A stretch of 64,000 nucleotides of DNA from an uncultured bacterium. Its GTDB lineage: Bacteria; Zhuqueibacterota; QNDG01; DTFT01. The position numbers and the translations under genes were made by a program. The number at the start of each line of letters is the position of its first letter. Position 1 is the first letter of the stretch. Positions 8,057-17,809 of the stretch are shown in pieces. Where the stretch lies: positions 64,674-128,673 of the forward strand of contig CAVTNR010000010.1 in NCBI GenBank assembly GCA_963736115.1, written 5' to 3'. The notes below the pieces were generated by a model. The model saw nothing but the letters and a program-made list of their open reading frames with translations, had not been told where the DNA came from and made no database searches.

Positions 8057-10687
8057 TTACGGCGTCACCTCCAGGACGGCTTTGGACCGGATGTCATCCG
8101 ACGCGCCGCCGACACGGATTTCAAAGAGACCCGGCTCCACCACCCATTTCATGTCTCCGTTCAGCATCGCCAGCCGGTCGCGGCCGACCGGGAATTCCAC
8201 GGTCTTCGTTTCCCCGGGTTCCAAAGTGATCCGCCTGAATCCCTTGAGTTCCTGAAGCGGCCTGGAAACGCTCCCCACCCGGTCGTGAATGTACAACTGC
8301 ACGACTTCATCCCCTTTCCGCGTTCCCGTGTTGCGGACATCCACAGAAGCGCGAATTTCCCCGTCCGGGGGCATGGAAGCGGCGGACAGCTTCAATGCGC
8401 CGTATTCGAACGTCGTGTACGACAGGCCTGTGCCGAAAGCGAATTGCGGGCTCCCGGTCAGGTCCACATAATTATACCCGCGGCCCGTGGGCTTGGCATT
8501 GTAGTACAGGGGAACCTGCCCCTCCGAGATCGGGAACGTGATGGGCAGTCTGCCGCCCGGATTGACGTCTCCGAACAGGGCCGCGGCCACGGCGGAACCG
8601 CCTTCCTCGCCCGGATACCAGGATTCGAGCACGGCATCCGCGGAAGCGATCCAGTCCGCGACCGTGACCGCGCTGCCATTGGTCAGCACCACGACCGTCG
8701 GCTTTCCGGTCGCCGCGATTCCGTTGATCGCCCGAACGACATCGGGGTGCAGGCCGAGGTCGGACCGGTCGCGGCCCTCGCCCTCGTTGACGCCCGCCAC
8801 AATCACGGCCGCGTCGCAGGCTTCGGCCGCTTCAACGGCCTCTCGGATCTCAGCCGCGGCTGGGTCCTTTCCCGAAACATCCCATCCCATGGCCGCAAAA
8901 GCCTGGCCCGAATTCTCGTAGTATTCGATGCGGAGGTCGTATCTTCGGCCGGCCTCCAGCACCACGCGCACCGTGTCCGTCGATGGCGCCCGGTCCGACC
9001 AGGTCTGAAGGATCCGTTCGCCGTCCAGATAAACGCGCACCCCGTCGTCCGTGGTGAAGGCCAGAACGCAGGGGCCGCTGACCGGCGCTTCGAGTCTGCC
9101 CGTCCAGCGGGCGGAAAAACGCTCCGCCGCGATGGACGGATCCGGGGATCCGTGCCCCCAGTCGAAAAACAGGTCCCGGTCGATGCGCGTCAGAACCGGC
9201 CGGCCTTCCAGTCCGGTGTTGTCGAAGTATTCCCCGAGCAATCCGCGTTCGCCTTCCTTCCCTCCGGTCGGTGTCAGCCATTCGGAGGGTACCGCGGGAT
9301 AGGTCCGGCTGCCGCCCGCGGGCCCTCTCGCGTAACGCACGTCGGCGGCGGGCACGGCCTTGCGGATGCCGTCCAGTACGGACACCACGGCCATGCCGCT
9401 GCCGGAATAACCGCCCAGCCGGGGAGCCGCGGCCGGCGTGCCGATAATCGCGATGGATTTCAGTTCCTTCCGGAACGGCAGTGTGCCGTCCGCGTTCTTG
9501 AGAAGGACGAGGGATTTTTCAGCGGCCTCGCGGGCCAGGGCCCGGTGCGCCTCGCAGTCATTGAGGCGCGCCGCTTCCTTCGGGTCCGCATAGGGATTTT
9601 CGAACAGCCCCAGCTCGAACTTGACGGTCAGTACGCGCCGCACGGCGCGGTCGAGCACTTCCGGGCTCACCTTTCCGGATCGGACCGCGTCGATCAGGGG
9701 TTTTCCGTACATGACAATGGAGGGCAGTTCCACGTCCAGGCCGGCGGTGATGGCCTGTCTCGCGCACTCCATGGAATCCGCGGCCGTCCGATGCAGGCTG
9801 AATATGCCCTCCACTGACGTGTAATCGGACACCACGTATCCCTTGAAGCCCCATTCGCCCCTCAGCACGTCCGTGAGCAGCCACCGGTTCGAGGAGCTCG
9901 GTGTGCCGTCATAGGAATTGTACGCCGCCATGATGGAGCGCGCGCCCGCCCCGGCGATGGACGCCTGAAAAGCGGGAAAGTAGATTTCGCGCATCAGGCG
10001 CTCGGAAAAATGCGCCGGATTGCTGTCCCGGCCGCCGTCCCCGACATTGGCCGCGTAATGCTTGGGCGTGGTGACGATGCCCCGCTTCTCGAAGGCGGAG
10101 ATAAAAGCGACAGCCATGGCGGATGTCAGGAAGGGATCCTCGCCGTAGGTTTCCTCGACGCGTCCCCAGCGGGGGTCGCGGGCGATGTTGATGGTGGGTG
10201 ACAGCACCTGCCGAATGCCCCGGCTTTTCGTTTCCTCGGCAATGGCGCCGGCCACCCGGCCCATCAACTCCGGTTCCCACGTCGCGGCCAGGCCGATGGC
10301 CTGGGGAAAACTCGTGGCCTTCTCCGCGATGAGCCCGTGCAGGGCTTCGTCGTGCATCATCACCGGTATGCCGAGTCGGGTTTTCGAGGTCATGAATTTC
10401 TGGATGCGGTTCAGTCTTTTCGCGGCCTCGGCTCCCGTGTACGGCCGTAGAATGCACCCCAGACCGCCGATTCCATTCCGCATGGCCGCGTCCGTGACCG
10501 GGTCCTCGCTGATCTGGCACTGGAGCTGGCTGACCTTCTCCTCCATGGTCATGCGGCCGAGAAGGTCGTCAACCCGTCGCTCTACGGAAAGGTTCGGATT
10601 TTGATAATCGGGGACAACCGAGAATACCATCGCCGGGATGACGAGAAACGATATCGCCGCCAGCACTCTTTTGACAGACTGGTTCAT
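8057..10687 (-). CDS. GH3 beta-glucosidase-type glycoside hydrolase with inserted PA14 domain, secreted
   Basis: Signal peptide. GH3 motifs RWGRVEETYGEDPFL, KHYAAN, GYVVSDY. PA14 block GLLGEYFDNTGLEGRPV...RFSARWTGRLEAPVSG...YDLRIEYYENSG. SD ACGGAGG upstream. Confidence 0.9.
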   Translation of the reverse strand: MNQSVKRVLAAISFLVIPAMVFSVVPDYQNPNLSVERRVDDLLGRMTMEEKVSQLQCQISEDPVTDAAMRNGIGGLGCILRPYTGAEAAKRLNRIQKFMTSKTRLGIPVMMHDEALHGLIAEKATSFPQAIGLAATWEPELMGRVAGAIAEETKSRGIRQVLSPTINIARDPRWGRVEETYGEDPFLTSAMAVAFISAFEKRGIVTTPKHYAANVGDGGRDSNPAHFSERLMREIYFPAFQASIAGAGARSIMAAYNSYDGTPSSSNRWLLTDVLRGEWGFKGYVVSDYTSVEGIFSLHRTAADSMECARQAITAGLDVELPSIVMYGKPLIDAVRSGKVSPEVLDRAVRRVLTVKFELGLFENPYADPKEAARLNDCEAHRALAREAAEKSLVLLKNADGTLPFRKELKSIAIIGTPAAAPRLGGYSGSGMAVVSVLDGIRKAVPAADVRYARGPAGGSRTYPAVPSEWLTPTGGKEGERGLLGEYFDNTGLEGRPVLTRIDRDLFFDWGHGSPDPSIAAERFSARWTGRLEAPVSGPCVLAFTTDDGVRVYLDGERILQTWSDRAPSTDTVRVVLEAGRRYDLRIEYYENSGQAFAAMGWDVSGKDPAAAEIREAVEAAEACDAAVIVAGVNEGEGRDRSDLGLHPDVVRAINGIAATGKPTVVVLTNGSAVTVADWIASADAVLESWYPGEEGGSAVAAALFGDVNPGGRLPITFPISEGQVPLYYNAKPTGRGYNYVDLTGSPQFAFGTGLSYTTFEYGALKLSAASMPPDGEIRASVDVRNTGTRKGDEVVQLYIHDRVGSVSRPLQELKGFRRITLEPGETKTVEFPVGRDRLAMLNGDMKWVVEPGLFEIRVGGASDDIRSKAVLEVTP

Positions 10688-10831
10688 GATTCAGTGCCTC
10701 CGTTATTAAATCTCGGATCAATGATGAAGTCTTCCCTGTCTCCGTGAGATCCGCTTCCCTGCGGGGCAGGGAGTGCCGGATGAGGGGCTTGTCGCCCGAA
10801 AGGCGATTTGCACACGAAGGGCCTCCTGAAG

Positions 10832-10907
10832 ATTGAAGCTCCCCGCCGCCCGCTGCGCGGGACCAAGCTATTATATGCCTTCTGTTTGAAGGCAAGCGGC
10901 GGGGAAT
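10832..10907 (+). repeat. Intergenic GC-stemmed repeat, copy 1
   Basis: ATTGAAGCT box, then 9-bp stem CCCCGCCGC (10841..10849) pairing with GCGGCGGGG (10896..10904). The stem encloses hairpin CCCGC-TGC-GCGGG and the core ACCAAGCTATTATAT...TTTGAAGGCAAG. Confidence 0.7.
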
Positions 10908-10947
10908 CTTCTATCTGTAGAGAAAAGACATCTTATATTCGCTCGCT

Positions 10948-11018
10948 TACCCCGGGGCCCGCTGCGCGGGATCAAGCTATTCTATTTTTGAATTGTTGAA
11001 GACAAGCCCCGGGGAATG
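10948..11018 (+). repeat. Intergenic GC-stemmed repeat, copy 2 (tandem to copy 1)
   Basis: Same core (CCCGCTGCGCGGGATCAAGCTATTCTAT...GTTGAAGACAAG) but the stem is CCCCGGGG (10950..10957) pairing with CCCCGGGG (11007..11014). Flanked by direct repeat CGCTCGCT (10940..10947 and 11019..11026). Confidence 0.7.
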
Positions 11019-11045
11019 CGCTCGCTGTCAGATTCGATCCAGTTT

Positions 11046-11534
11046 TTATACCGGGAAATCTTCCGCGATGCGCCGGGCCCATTCCGCCGCGCGCTCCAGT
11101 TCCCCTTCCTTCAGCGGCCCTTCGGACGCGCGGACTATAAATCCCACAGCCGGCGCGGCCGGAACCCCGCCCTTGCCCGTGAGGCGCTTGTGCATCGATT
11201 CCGCCGCGTATCCGAAACGCGTCACCACGAAACGGCCGATCCGAGAGCGGATGTCCTCGGGCGCCATCCGCGTATCGAAGGACAAGATCCGGACACCCTT
11301 CAATTCGTCCGCGGGAATTTCCGAAATCCATCGGACGACGGAAGGCATTGGCCTGAAGCCGCGCGTGGGAGAACCCATCACCAGCAGGTCCGGCCATCCG
11401 CCGGATGCCGGCCGGCCGAAGGCCGAAGGCCTGGCCGCGGTCACGTCCATGCGGCCGGATAGCCCGGCCTTCACGGCCATGGCGATCTTTTCAGTGTTAC
11501 CGAAAAACGAGTCGTAGACGATGAGGGCTTTCAT
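11046..11534 (-). CDS. Flavodoxin-family protein
   Basis: ORF 11046..11594. The ATG at 11534 (GGAGAG upstream) gives MKALIVYDSFFGNTEKIAMAV..., the classical flavodoxin FMN-binding N-terminus. Confidence 0.75.
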   Translation of the reverse strand: MKALIVYDSFFGNTEKIAMAVKAGLSGRMDVTAARPSAFGRPASGGWPDLLVMGSPTRGFRPMPSVVRWISEIPADELKGVRILSFDTRMAPEDIRSRIGRFVVTRFGYAAESMHKRLTGKGGVPAAPAVGFIVRASEGPLKEGELERAAEWARRIAEDFPV

Positions 11535-11680
11535 GGAAATCGCTCTCCGGGGAAGGAATGCGGAAGACTCGGGAGTTACCGAAGGACACCGCAACCGGTC
11601 TCAAATATTACGACGGCCGCGGCATAAAAGCAAGGGGAAATAGGATTGCGGAACAACAGAGAAGCCGGGTTCGGCCTCGA

Positions 11681-12907
11681 TCACCGGGTCTCCGCCTCGA
11701 TCATCGCCGCCCACTTCATCCGCCAATTAGGATATTCATCCGACAGCAGATCCGCCGGCCAGTCGCCCAGCCAGCCGTACGCGTTCCGCCGCTCGGCCGA
11801 GATCTCCGACAGATCGAAAACCATGCGCCCGTCCCGGTCGCTGAAGAATGGCCGGTCCGATCCGATCTGGTAGAACCGGGCCCACAGGGACGGCGCCTCC
11901 GGGTCGGCGATGACCACCCGGTTCCATCCGGTCGGGCTCGAAGGATCCGTCTCCCGGACCACGCGGATACCGCGGATGCGCGCACTGTCCAGCCAGGCGG
12001 CCGCCGCGGTCACGGCCCGGATGATTTCCGGGGTCGGGGGCTCGATGCGCATCAGAAAGCGGACGATCCCCGTGGTTTCCTGGCCGCTGAGGCCGGGCAG
12101 TTCGTACCGGCGGGCGCCGGCCGGCTGCAGGGTGTGCTCGTCATACTGGGCGCACCAGGCGGTCAGCCGGCCGCCTGTTTCCACCTGGGTCCGCAGGATG
12201 CAGCCGATCCCTCTCTGTATCGCTTTCCTGACCCGTTTCCTGCGGCCGCTGTCCACGAAGGCGTATTCCGGCCTGTCAAGGTCCACATCGTGCAGGAGCC
12301 GCAGGACGCCGATCATAGCGTCGTCGTTGAAGGTAATGCGTGAAAAGTATCCCTGCCGGCGCGGGTAGTACTGCGGCCATCCCCCGTTTCTGTACTGGGC
12401 CTTAAGCAGGTAATCCAGGCCCTTTAAAAATGACCGCGTCAACCGCGTGTCGTGGGTTTTACCGAACACGCGGCCGAGAAAAACCATCTGGGTGTAAGTG
12501 GCGCCGTTGTCGATTGTGGACAGCGGTTCGTCGGGGTGTTCCGCCAGCTCCCGTTTTTCCGCCTCGCTCAGGACACCGGCCATGTCCAGGTTCTTGGGCC
12601 AGCCGCCCGAGCGCCGCTGAAAGAGAATCATGTTGTCCGCGATCCCGACCGCTTCCGCGGTCCCGTACCAGGCCTCCGGACGGTTCAGGAGATCGTGGGC
12701 CAGCCTGGACTGGGCTGTTTCGCGGACGTCCGCTCCCCGGGCATCGGGTTCCCGCCGCTCCTGTCCGGCCGCGTATGCGGGAAGGAGCAGAACCAGCAGT
12801 CGGACAGCCGTTGAATGAATGAGGCCGCGGATGGGCTTGGGTCCGACATTCCGGACCGAAGCCCATTCGGAAAACCGAACCGTTGAATGGCAAATGGCTT
12901 TCAACAC
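11681..12907 (-). CDS. Pectate lyase, PelA/Pel-15E family (PL10)
   Basis: Motifs GGWPKNLDM, STIDNGATYTQMVFL, YRNGGWPQYYP, ITFNDDAMIGVLRLL. GTG/TTG start at 12907/12904; hydrophobic signal-like segment LLVLLLPAYAAGQ. Confidence 0.8.
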   Translation of the reverse strand: MLKAICHSTVRFSEWASVRNVGPKPIRGLIHSTAVRLLVLLLPAYAAGQERREPDARGADVRETAQSRLAHDLLNRPEAWYGTAEAVGIADNMILFQRRSGGWPKNLDMAGVLSEAEKRELAEHPDEPLSTIDNGATYTQMVFLGRVFGKTHDTRLTRSFLKGLDYLLKAQYRNGGWPQYYPRRQGYFSRITFNDDAMIGVLRLLHDVDLDRPEYAFVDSGRRKRVRKAIQRGIGCILRTQVETGGRLTAWCAQYDEHTLQPAGARRYELPGLSGQETTGIVRFLMRIEPPTPEIIRAVTAAAAWLDSARIRGIRVVRETDPSSPTGWNRVVIADPEAPSLWARFYQIGSDRPFFSDRDGRMVFDLSEISAERRNAYGWLGDWPADLLSDEYPNWRMKWAAMIEAETR

Positions 12908-12975
12908 ATTGCTCCGTTTTTATCCGTCAGGACCGGACCGGAAACCGATGGGTTCGGGAAACCCGGGGGCGTGAA

Positions 12976-13038
12976 CCTCCCGCGGGGACTTCAATAATGC
13001 ACAAATATTATAGCTTGATCCCGCATTGCGCGGCGGGA
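12976..13038 (-). repeat. Intergenic repeat family, copy 3 (inverted orientation)
   Basis: The minus strand reads TCCCGCCGCGCAATGCGGGATCAAGCTATAATATTTGTGCATTATTGAAGTCCCCGCGGGAGG. It shares GCGGGATCAAGCTAT and TTGAAG with copies 1 and 2. Confidence 0.6.
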
Positions 13039-13168
13039 CCATCGCGCCCACAGATGTTCCTCTCAATTATACTAAAACCGCCAATCAAATTCAAATCATT
13101 TCGGGACCTGCTTCCCTGCCCCCCGTTCCGGCTCAGGCCCGTTCCGGCCTACGGCGGCCGATACAAAT

Positions 13169-13221
13169 AAACCGGCTTTCGGATTCCGCCGCTCCATCGC
13201 GGAAAATCCGAAAGCCGGTTT
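13169..13221 (-). terminator. Strong terminator hairpin ending the TBDT/giant protein/PorV-like unit
   Basis: Perfect 17-bp stem AAACCGGCTTTCGGATT / AATCCGAAAGCCGGTTT with a 19-nt loop. On the minus strand it is followed by ATTTGTAT. It lies 75 nt after the stop at 13296. Confidence 0.7.
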
Positions 13222-13295
13222 TATTACGCGGCCCGTCCGTTCAACGCCGGGCCCTTTACAATCCGGAGAGAAAGGACCGAGACAACAGGACCCGA

Positions 13296-14312
13296 TCAAA
13301 ATCCGATTCCGACCGTGAATTTCTGGATGTCGTTCAGGCGCCCGAATTCGTGATACGCGTAATCGATGGTCAGGCGGACGCCGCGTCCGACGGAATATTG
13401 AAGACCCGCGCCGACGCTCAACCCCTCCTCAGAATCCTCCGCGAAAAGCGACTTGTACCCCGCCCGGATCGACACCATGCGGTCAAAAACGTATTCACAG
13501 CCCACGTTGACGCTTTCCACGTCGTCGTTCGGATGCAGCGCGTCCACCGCCAGGATGAGATTGCTCCTCCCGTATCCCTTCAGCACATCCGCCGAAACGC
13601 CGACCCGGAACAGCAGGGGAAGGTCGAAGGCGTCCGTCTGGAAGTAAGCCGGGATGTTCTCATTGTTCCCTGTGACCGTCGGGTCCGGATCCTTCTGCGT
13701 CTGCATGTCCCGTCCGCCCAGCCGCATTTTCGTTCCGTAGTTGGTGACGCTCATGCCGATCTTCATGCCGTGAAACTGCGTGTCGAACAGTGCGCCGAAG
13801 TCCAGCGCCGCGCCCTTCGCCGCGGAATGGTAGATTTTCTCATGGATGAATTTCCCCGACAGGCCGATGGAAAACCGGTCGGTCAGATTCCGGGCATAGG
13901 AGAGACCGAACGCGAAACTCCCGGCACCGAACATCTCACCGGTGCCGTCCGGCTCCAGTATCGTCGTCCGCTCCATCTCATCCATGGTCTGGAACTGGCC
14001 GCTCACGCCGATGGCGCCGATGTTGCCGAGATTCATCGCCACCGCCGCGTAACTCATGCGGATGTCCGCGAACCACCGGGCGTGGCTGAAAACAGCCTCG
14101 TTTCCACTGATCCTCGCCAACCCGGCCGGATTCCAGTACATGGCCGTGGCGTCCTCGACCACCGAGACGTACGCGCTGCCCATTGCCACGGCCTGCGCGC
14201 CCACGTCCACTTTCAGCAGCGGTACCGCCGTCGTTCCGGCCTTCGTGACCTGTTTCGCCCCGAGTCCGGTTGCCGCGGCGACCGCCAGCAGGATGCACAA
14301 TCCTTTTCTCAT
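13296..14312 (-). CDS. PorV/PorQ-like outer-membrane beta-barrel (T9SS-associated, FadL-like)
   Basis: Signal peptide, then the signature GTTAVPLLKVDVGAQAVAMGSAYVSVVEDATAMYWNPAGLA. Alternating beta-strand pattern; C-terminal ...FTVGIGF. SD AAGGAGA. Confidence 0.7.
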   Translation of the reverse strand: MRKGLCILLAVAAATGLGAKQVTKAGTTAVPLLKVDVGAQAVAMGSAYVSVVEDATAMYWNPAGLARISGNEAVFSHARWFADIRMSYAAVAMNLGNIGAIGVSGQFQTMDEMERTTILEPDGTGEMFGAGSFAFGLSYARNLTDRFSIGLSGKFIHEKIYHSAAKGAALDFGALFDTQFHGMKIGMSVTNYGTKMRLGGRDMQTQKDPDPTVTGNNENIPAYFQTDAFDLPLLFRVGVSADVLKGYGRSNLILAVDALHPNDDVESVNVGCEYVFDRMVSIRAGYKSLFAEDSEEGLSVGAGLQYSVGRGVRLTIDYAYHEFGRLNDIQKFTVGIGF

Positions 14313-14379
14313 CGTCCAGTCTCCTTGGTTGTTTCCTGGAGACGGGGTCCGGTCCGGCCGGAACCCCGTTCCGGACCGC

Positions 14380-17300
14380 TCACTTGATCACCGCGAATTT
14401 GCCGATTTTATTTCCCAGTTTGCCCGCATCCACGTGGTACACATAGACGCCGAAGGCGATGGACAGCTGGTCCCGGGTCAGCATGTCCCAGATTTCCGTG
14501 CCGTCGCTCAGACTGGGCGTGTCATGTTCGAGGGTGGCCACCAGCTGACCGCTGGAGCTGTAGATCCGGATCGTGCACACGGGCGGCAGGTGGGTGAAAT
14601 GGATCTGACGTTCCCCACGCCCGTCCGCGTACGGATTGGTCGGTTCCCAGCCGTTCGCCACGATGTAGGGATTCGGCACAACCCGGATGTCGTCCAGAGA
14701 GGCCTTCGCGGCCGGCAGGTCCAGCGCCTCTCCGTGCATCGTGAATTCGAACACGTCCCGCGACAGGAAGGGTTTGAACATGCGGATGCGGAGCGTGTCG
14801 CCCATGCCGGGCTTTCTGCGGGTGTCGTCGTCCTGGCTGCGCTTCATGGAGACGGACAGCGCGGGCCGGAGTGTGTCGGCCTCGGAGGGATTCAGGATGA
14901 GGATTTCGTCCTGCTTGGTCTTCGAGCGGGAGAACTCCCCGTCACCGCCGTCGGCGTCCAGGAAGCCGAAGGGCAATCGTTCTCCCGAAACGGCGTCCAG
15001 AACCAGAAAATTGACATCCTTGGCCGCCAGCGCCCGTCCTTTCCGGAAGCAGGGAACCGCGGTGTCGAGCACCGCGGCGCTGTCGCCGAAAATGATGTCG
15101 ATGTCGCGGGAGATCGGGCTTTCCGCCTCCAGCCGGTAGAAGTACGGCGCCACGCTCGGAACGAATATTTCCGCGTGGTTGTATTTCGTCCGGGCGGTGT
15201 CGATCGCGGATTCGGCCTCATTCCGCAAGGACAGCTCGAATCCATGGATCATGGGGAGTTTGACCTCCAGACCGGCCGGTTTCAGGCGTCCAACTAGAGT
15301 GTCGGGAGAGGCGGGATTCGTCACATCGACGAGACTGAGGTTCCGGGTGTACACGGTGTCCGGCGCGTTCGCGACGACCGTCATGGTGTCCTCGAACGAG
15401 ACGCGGTAAATATGACCGTCCCGGACCGCGGCCGGATCGATCAGTTCCAGCGTCACATCGCCCGAGGTGGTGCCGCCGGGCAGGAGATGCGGAATATCGG
15501 CGCGGCTGGGCACAAAGCCCGCGGACGGGGCCTCCGGACGGACCACGACCACATTGGAGCCTTTTTCCATGACCTCGCCGTTCTGACCGATGGAGATGAA
15601 TTTGGTGCACTCGGTGGGCGGAATCCTCTTTTCCGCGTCCCCGTGGTCATAGGCGGTGACGGCGTAGTAATACTGGTACCCGTTCACGGCCGTGGTGTCG
15701 GTCCAGGAATGCCGGAGTCCGGTGTCATTTCCCAGATCAAACAGAATCCCCTTCACATCGACCGTGGCGTACCCGCTGATTCCATTTTTCAGATCAAACT
15801 GGGCAACGGGTTTGCGGTAGGCGTAGGACCCCTGGCCGTCCGTGATCTGGGCCATGTCTCTCCAGGCCGCGTCCGTGGAGCGGTAGATCCGGTATCCTTC
15901 GAAATCCTTTCCCGTGATGGGGTCTTCCGAATCCTCCGCCCAATCGTCCCAGAACAGCGTGACGCGGTTGTTTCCACGCACCGCCTGAAGGGTCGGAATG
16001 TTCGGCGCGCGGGAGAAGTTGTAATTCTCGGCGTACGCCGTGTTCATCCAATGCTTGTTGACGGTCAGTTCGTCCAATGTAACCGCGAGCACGAGACCCA
16101 TGGAAAACCTCTCGACTTCGCCCGGGGCCAGCGGGAAATAGCCGGATCCCCAGAAGAGCTCGACATTGACGTTTTCGAGTCTTCCGTCCAGTTTTCCCGG
16201 CCGGCATTTTTCCCATGTGGCCTCATCGTCATCGTGGGCATACGTCGCCCAATCGTAGAGGTTGAAGCTGGTCAGACCCAGCATGTCCGTTTCGTGGATG
16301 TCGGTCTTGTCGAAATGGGGTTCTCCGGCGGTCGGCCTTCCGTCCTTTTCGCCCGGGTCGCTCGTGAAGGGCGCGCCGTCCTGGCCGAGGTCGTCCAGCG
16401 TGACGTCCCAGTCGCCGTCGTTGTCGATGCTGTCGTCCCGCTGCTCGTCGATGAGCGGGTTGTCCCGGCCTTCGCCCGTGAAGTAATCGATGTATTTGAG
16501 GCCGGTGTACAGGTAACGATGGCTCACGTTCGGCGGGGCTCCGAACCGGGTGCCGTTGTTTTCATCGATCAGTCCGTTCAGGTTGTCGTCTATAAGGTTG
16601 TTCTCGACTTCCTCGCGCTTATATCCCGGATAGATCTTGATGACCTGGTCCTCGTAATGGATCAGAAGCGTGTCATCCGGCATGGTCACCTGGGTGCGCC
16701 CGAAGGTCCTGTAGTCGATGAGGATGATCGGGTCGCCGGCCAACAGCACCTTCGCCCGGAACATCGCCTCGGTGATGACGGGGCCGCTGCCGTTCACGCC
16801 GTCGCCGTCATTATCGATGCCGTCCACCGGGTTGCCCGGGCTTTCGAGGAACGCGCCCCCGATGTAACCCACGGGCGAATAGCCCCCGCCGCCGATATTG
16901 TCATTGTCCCACATGTACGCCATGTCCTCCGCCAGGTCATAGGCGCCGCAATCATCGCCCGAATCGCCCGCGGTCGACGTATCGCCGATATTGTTGCCGA
17001 TCTTGTACCCGAAGGCCATTTTATCGTGATGATAGGTGCCGATGTTCTCAATGTCAAACAGCAGAAACAGGACATTCTGCACCAGCAGGTTGGACCATTG
17101 AAAGCTCCGGACCCACATGCGCATGCCCAGACCCTTCCGGCTGAGGTCGCGGCTGTCCGGGAAGAAGTTGAATTCCTTCTTGTTATAATCATCGGACACG
17201 AAAAAAGCCTCTTCGTCCGCGTTCAACTGGCCCTTGCCGAAATAGCCGTTCCACTTGCCTCCCCAGCCCGGATCCACCGGGTCGTCCGACCTGTCAGGCC

Positions 17301-17790
17301 AGTAAGCCGGCCAGGAGGCCGGCCATTTGCTCATGGCGAGAGAGTCGCCGGGGTGTTTGGCGAAGCCGGGCAGGGGCAGGAATGTCCACCATTCGCCCGT
17401 GACGGGATCGGCGTCTCCCCTGGAATAATTGCCGGAACTCGTCGGCAGGGAAGGATCCCCGTTGCTCTGTACCGTGGAATTGATGTGCTTCATTTCGCCG
17501 TTGGCGTCGATCACCTCGGAAACCACGAATTCGTCGCCGTCGATGAGCCACAAATGGCCCGAATTGATCGGCCATTCGCCCGCGATGGCGTCGGACGACC
17601 CGCTCGGATGGGACGCGTTGGTTCCGTAGGTGCCGTCGTTGAAGAAGGTGGTGCGGATCTGATTCCCCGCATGCAAGCCCATTTTCATGTACTGAAAATC
17701 GCCGTGCAAACCCTCCATCGCCGATTGGGCCGACAGCATGGGTGCCAGACCCATGAACAGAATGCCAGCCAGTGCGGATTTAAGTTTCAT
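14380..17790 (-). CDS. 1136-aa secreted protein of unknown function with acidic Ca-binding-type loops, an FN3-like module and a variant T9SS-like C-terminal domain
   Basis: ORF 14380..17886. The ATG at 17790 (AAGGAG upstream) gives MKLKSALAGILFMGLAPMLSAQ. Acidic loops DGIDNDGDGVNG, IDDNLNGLIDENNG, DDSIDNDGDWDVTLDDLGQDG. FN3-like GYRIYRS...YQYYYAVTAYD. Tail VVPNPY...IRIYSSSGQLVATL...GVYVYHVDA...KFAVIK. Confidence 0.8.
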   Translation of the reverse strand: MKLKSALAGILFMGLAPMLSAQSAMEGLHGDFQYMKMGLHAGNQIRTTFFNDGTYGTNASHPSGSSDAIAGEWPINSGHLWLIDGDEFVVSEVIDANGEMKHINSTVQSNGDPSLPTSSGNYSRGDADPVTGEWWTFLPLPGFAKHPGDSLAMSKWPASWPAYWPDRSDDPVDPGWGGKWNGYFGKGQLNADEEAFFVSDDYNKKEFNFFPDSRDLSRKGLGMRMWVRSFQWSNLLVQNVLFLLFDIENIGTYHHDKMAFGYKIGNNIGDTSTAGDSGDDCGAYDLAEDMAYMWDNDNIGGGGYSPVGYIGGAFLESPGNPVDGIDNDGDGVNGSGPVITEAMFRAKVLLAGDPIILIDYRTFGRTQVTMPDDTLLIHYEDQVIKIYPGYKREEVENNLIDDNLNGLIDENNGTRFGAPPNVSHRYLYTGLKYIDYFTGEGRDNPLIDEQRDDSIDNDGDWDVTLDDLGQDGAPFTSDPGEKDGRPTAGEPHFDKTDIHETDMLGLTSFNLYDWATYAHDDDEATWEKCRPGKLDGRLENVNVELFWGSGYFPLAPGEVERFSMGLVLAVTLDELTVNKHWMNTAYAENYNFSRAPNIPTLQAVRGNNRVTLFWDDWAEDSEDPITGKDFEGYRIYRSTDAAWRDMAQITDGQGSYAYRKPVAQFDLKNGISGYATVDVKGILFDLGNDTGLRHSWTDTTAVNGYQYYYAVTAYDHGDAEKRIPPTECTKFISIGQNGEVMEKGSNVVVVRPEAPSAGFVPSRADIPHLLPGGTTSGDVTLELIDPAAVRDGHIYRVSFEDTMTVVANAPDTVYTRNLSLVDVTNPASPDTLVGRLKPAGLEVKLPMIHGFELSLRNEAESAIDTARTKYNHAEIFVPSVAPYFYRLEAESPISRDIDIIFGDSAAVLDTAVPCFRKGRALAAKDVNFLVLDAVSGERLPFGFLDADGGDGEFSRSKTKQDEILILNPSEADTLRPALSVSMKRSQDDDTRRKPGMGDTLRIRMFKPFLSRDVFEFTMHGEALDLPAAKASLDDIRVVPNPYIVANGWEPTNPYADGRGERQIHFTHLPPVCTIRIYSSSGQLVATLEHDTPSLSDGTEIWDMLTRDQLSIAFGVYVYHVDAGKLGNKIGKFAVIK

Positions 17791-17809
17791 GGTCTGCTCC
17801 TTGCCCTTG

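Noticed and set aside
8018-9817. Other long antisense ORFs: 8018..9817, 15412..17943, 24295..25557, 33630..35237, 39521..41290, 50780..52387, 53589..55040, 58226..59368 and 61703..63037
   Set aside because: Each lies opposite a CDS with strong family motifs. All have arginine/glycine/proline-rich composition, lack SD sites and signal peptides, and match no family I recognise. They are GC-driven stop-codon depletion artefacts.
10832-11018. Possible CRISPR array, prompted by repeats with ATTGAAG-like ends
   Set aside because: There are only two units, spaced about 109 bp apart. The conserved part (~70 nt) is longer than the variable part. No cas genes are in the window, and the dispersed single copies sit in both orientations. 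This fits a REP/MITE-like element better.
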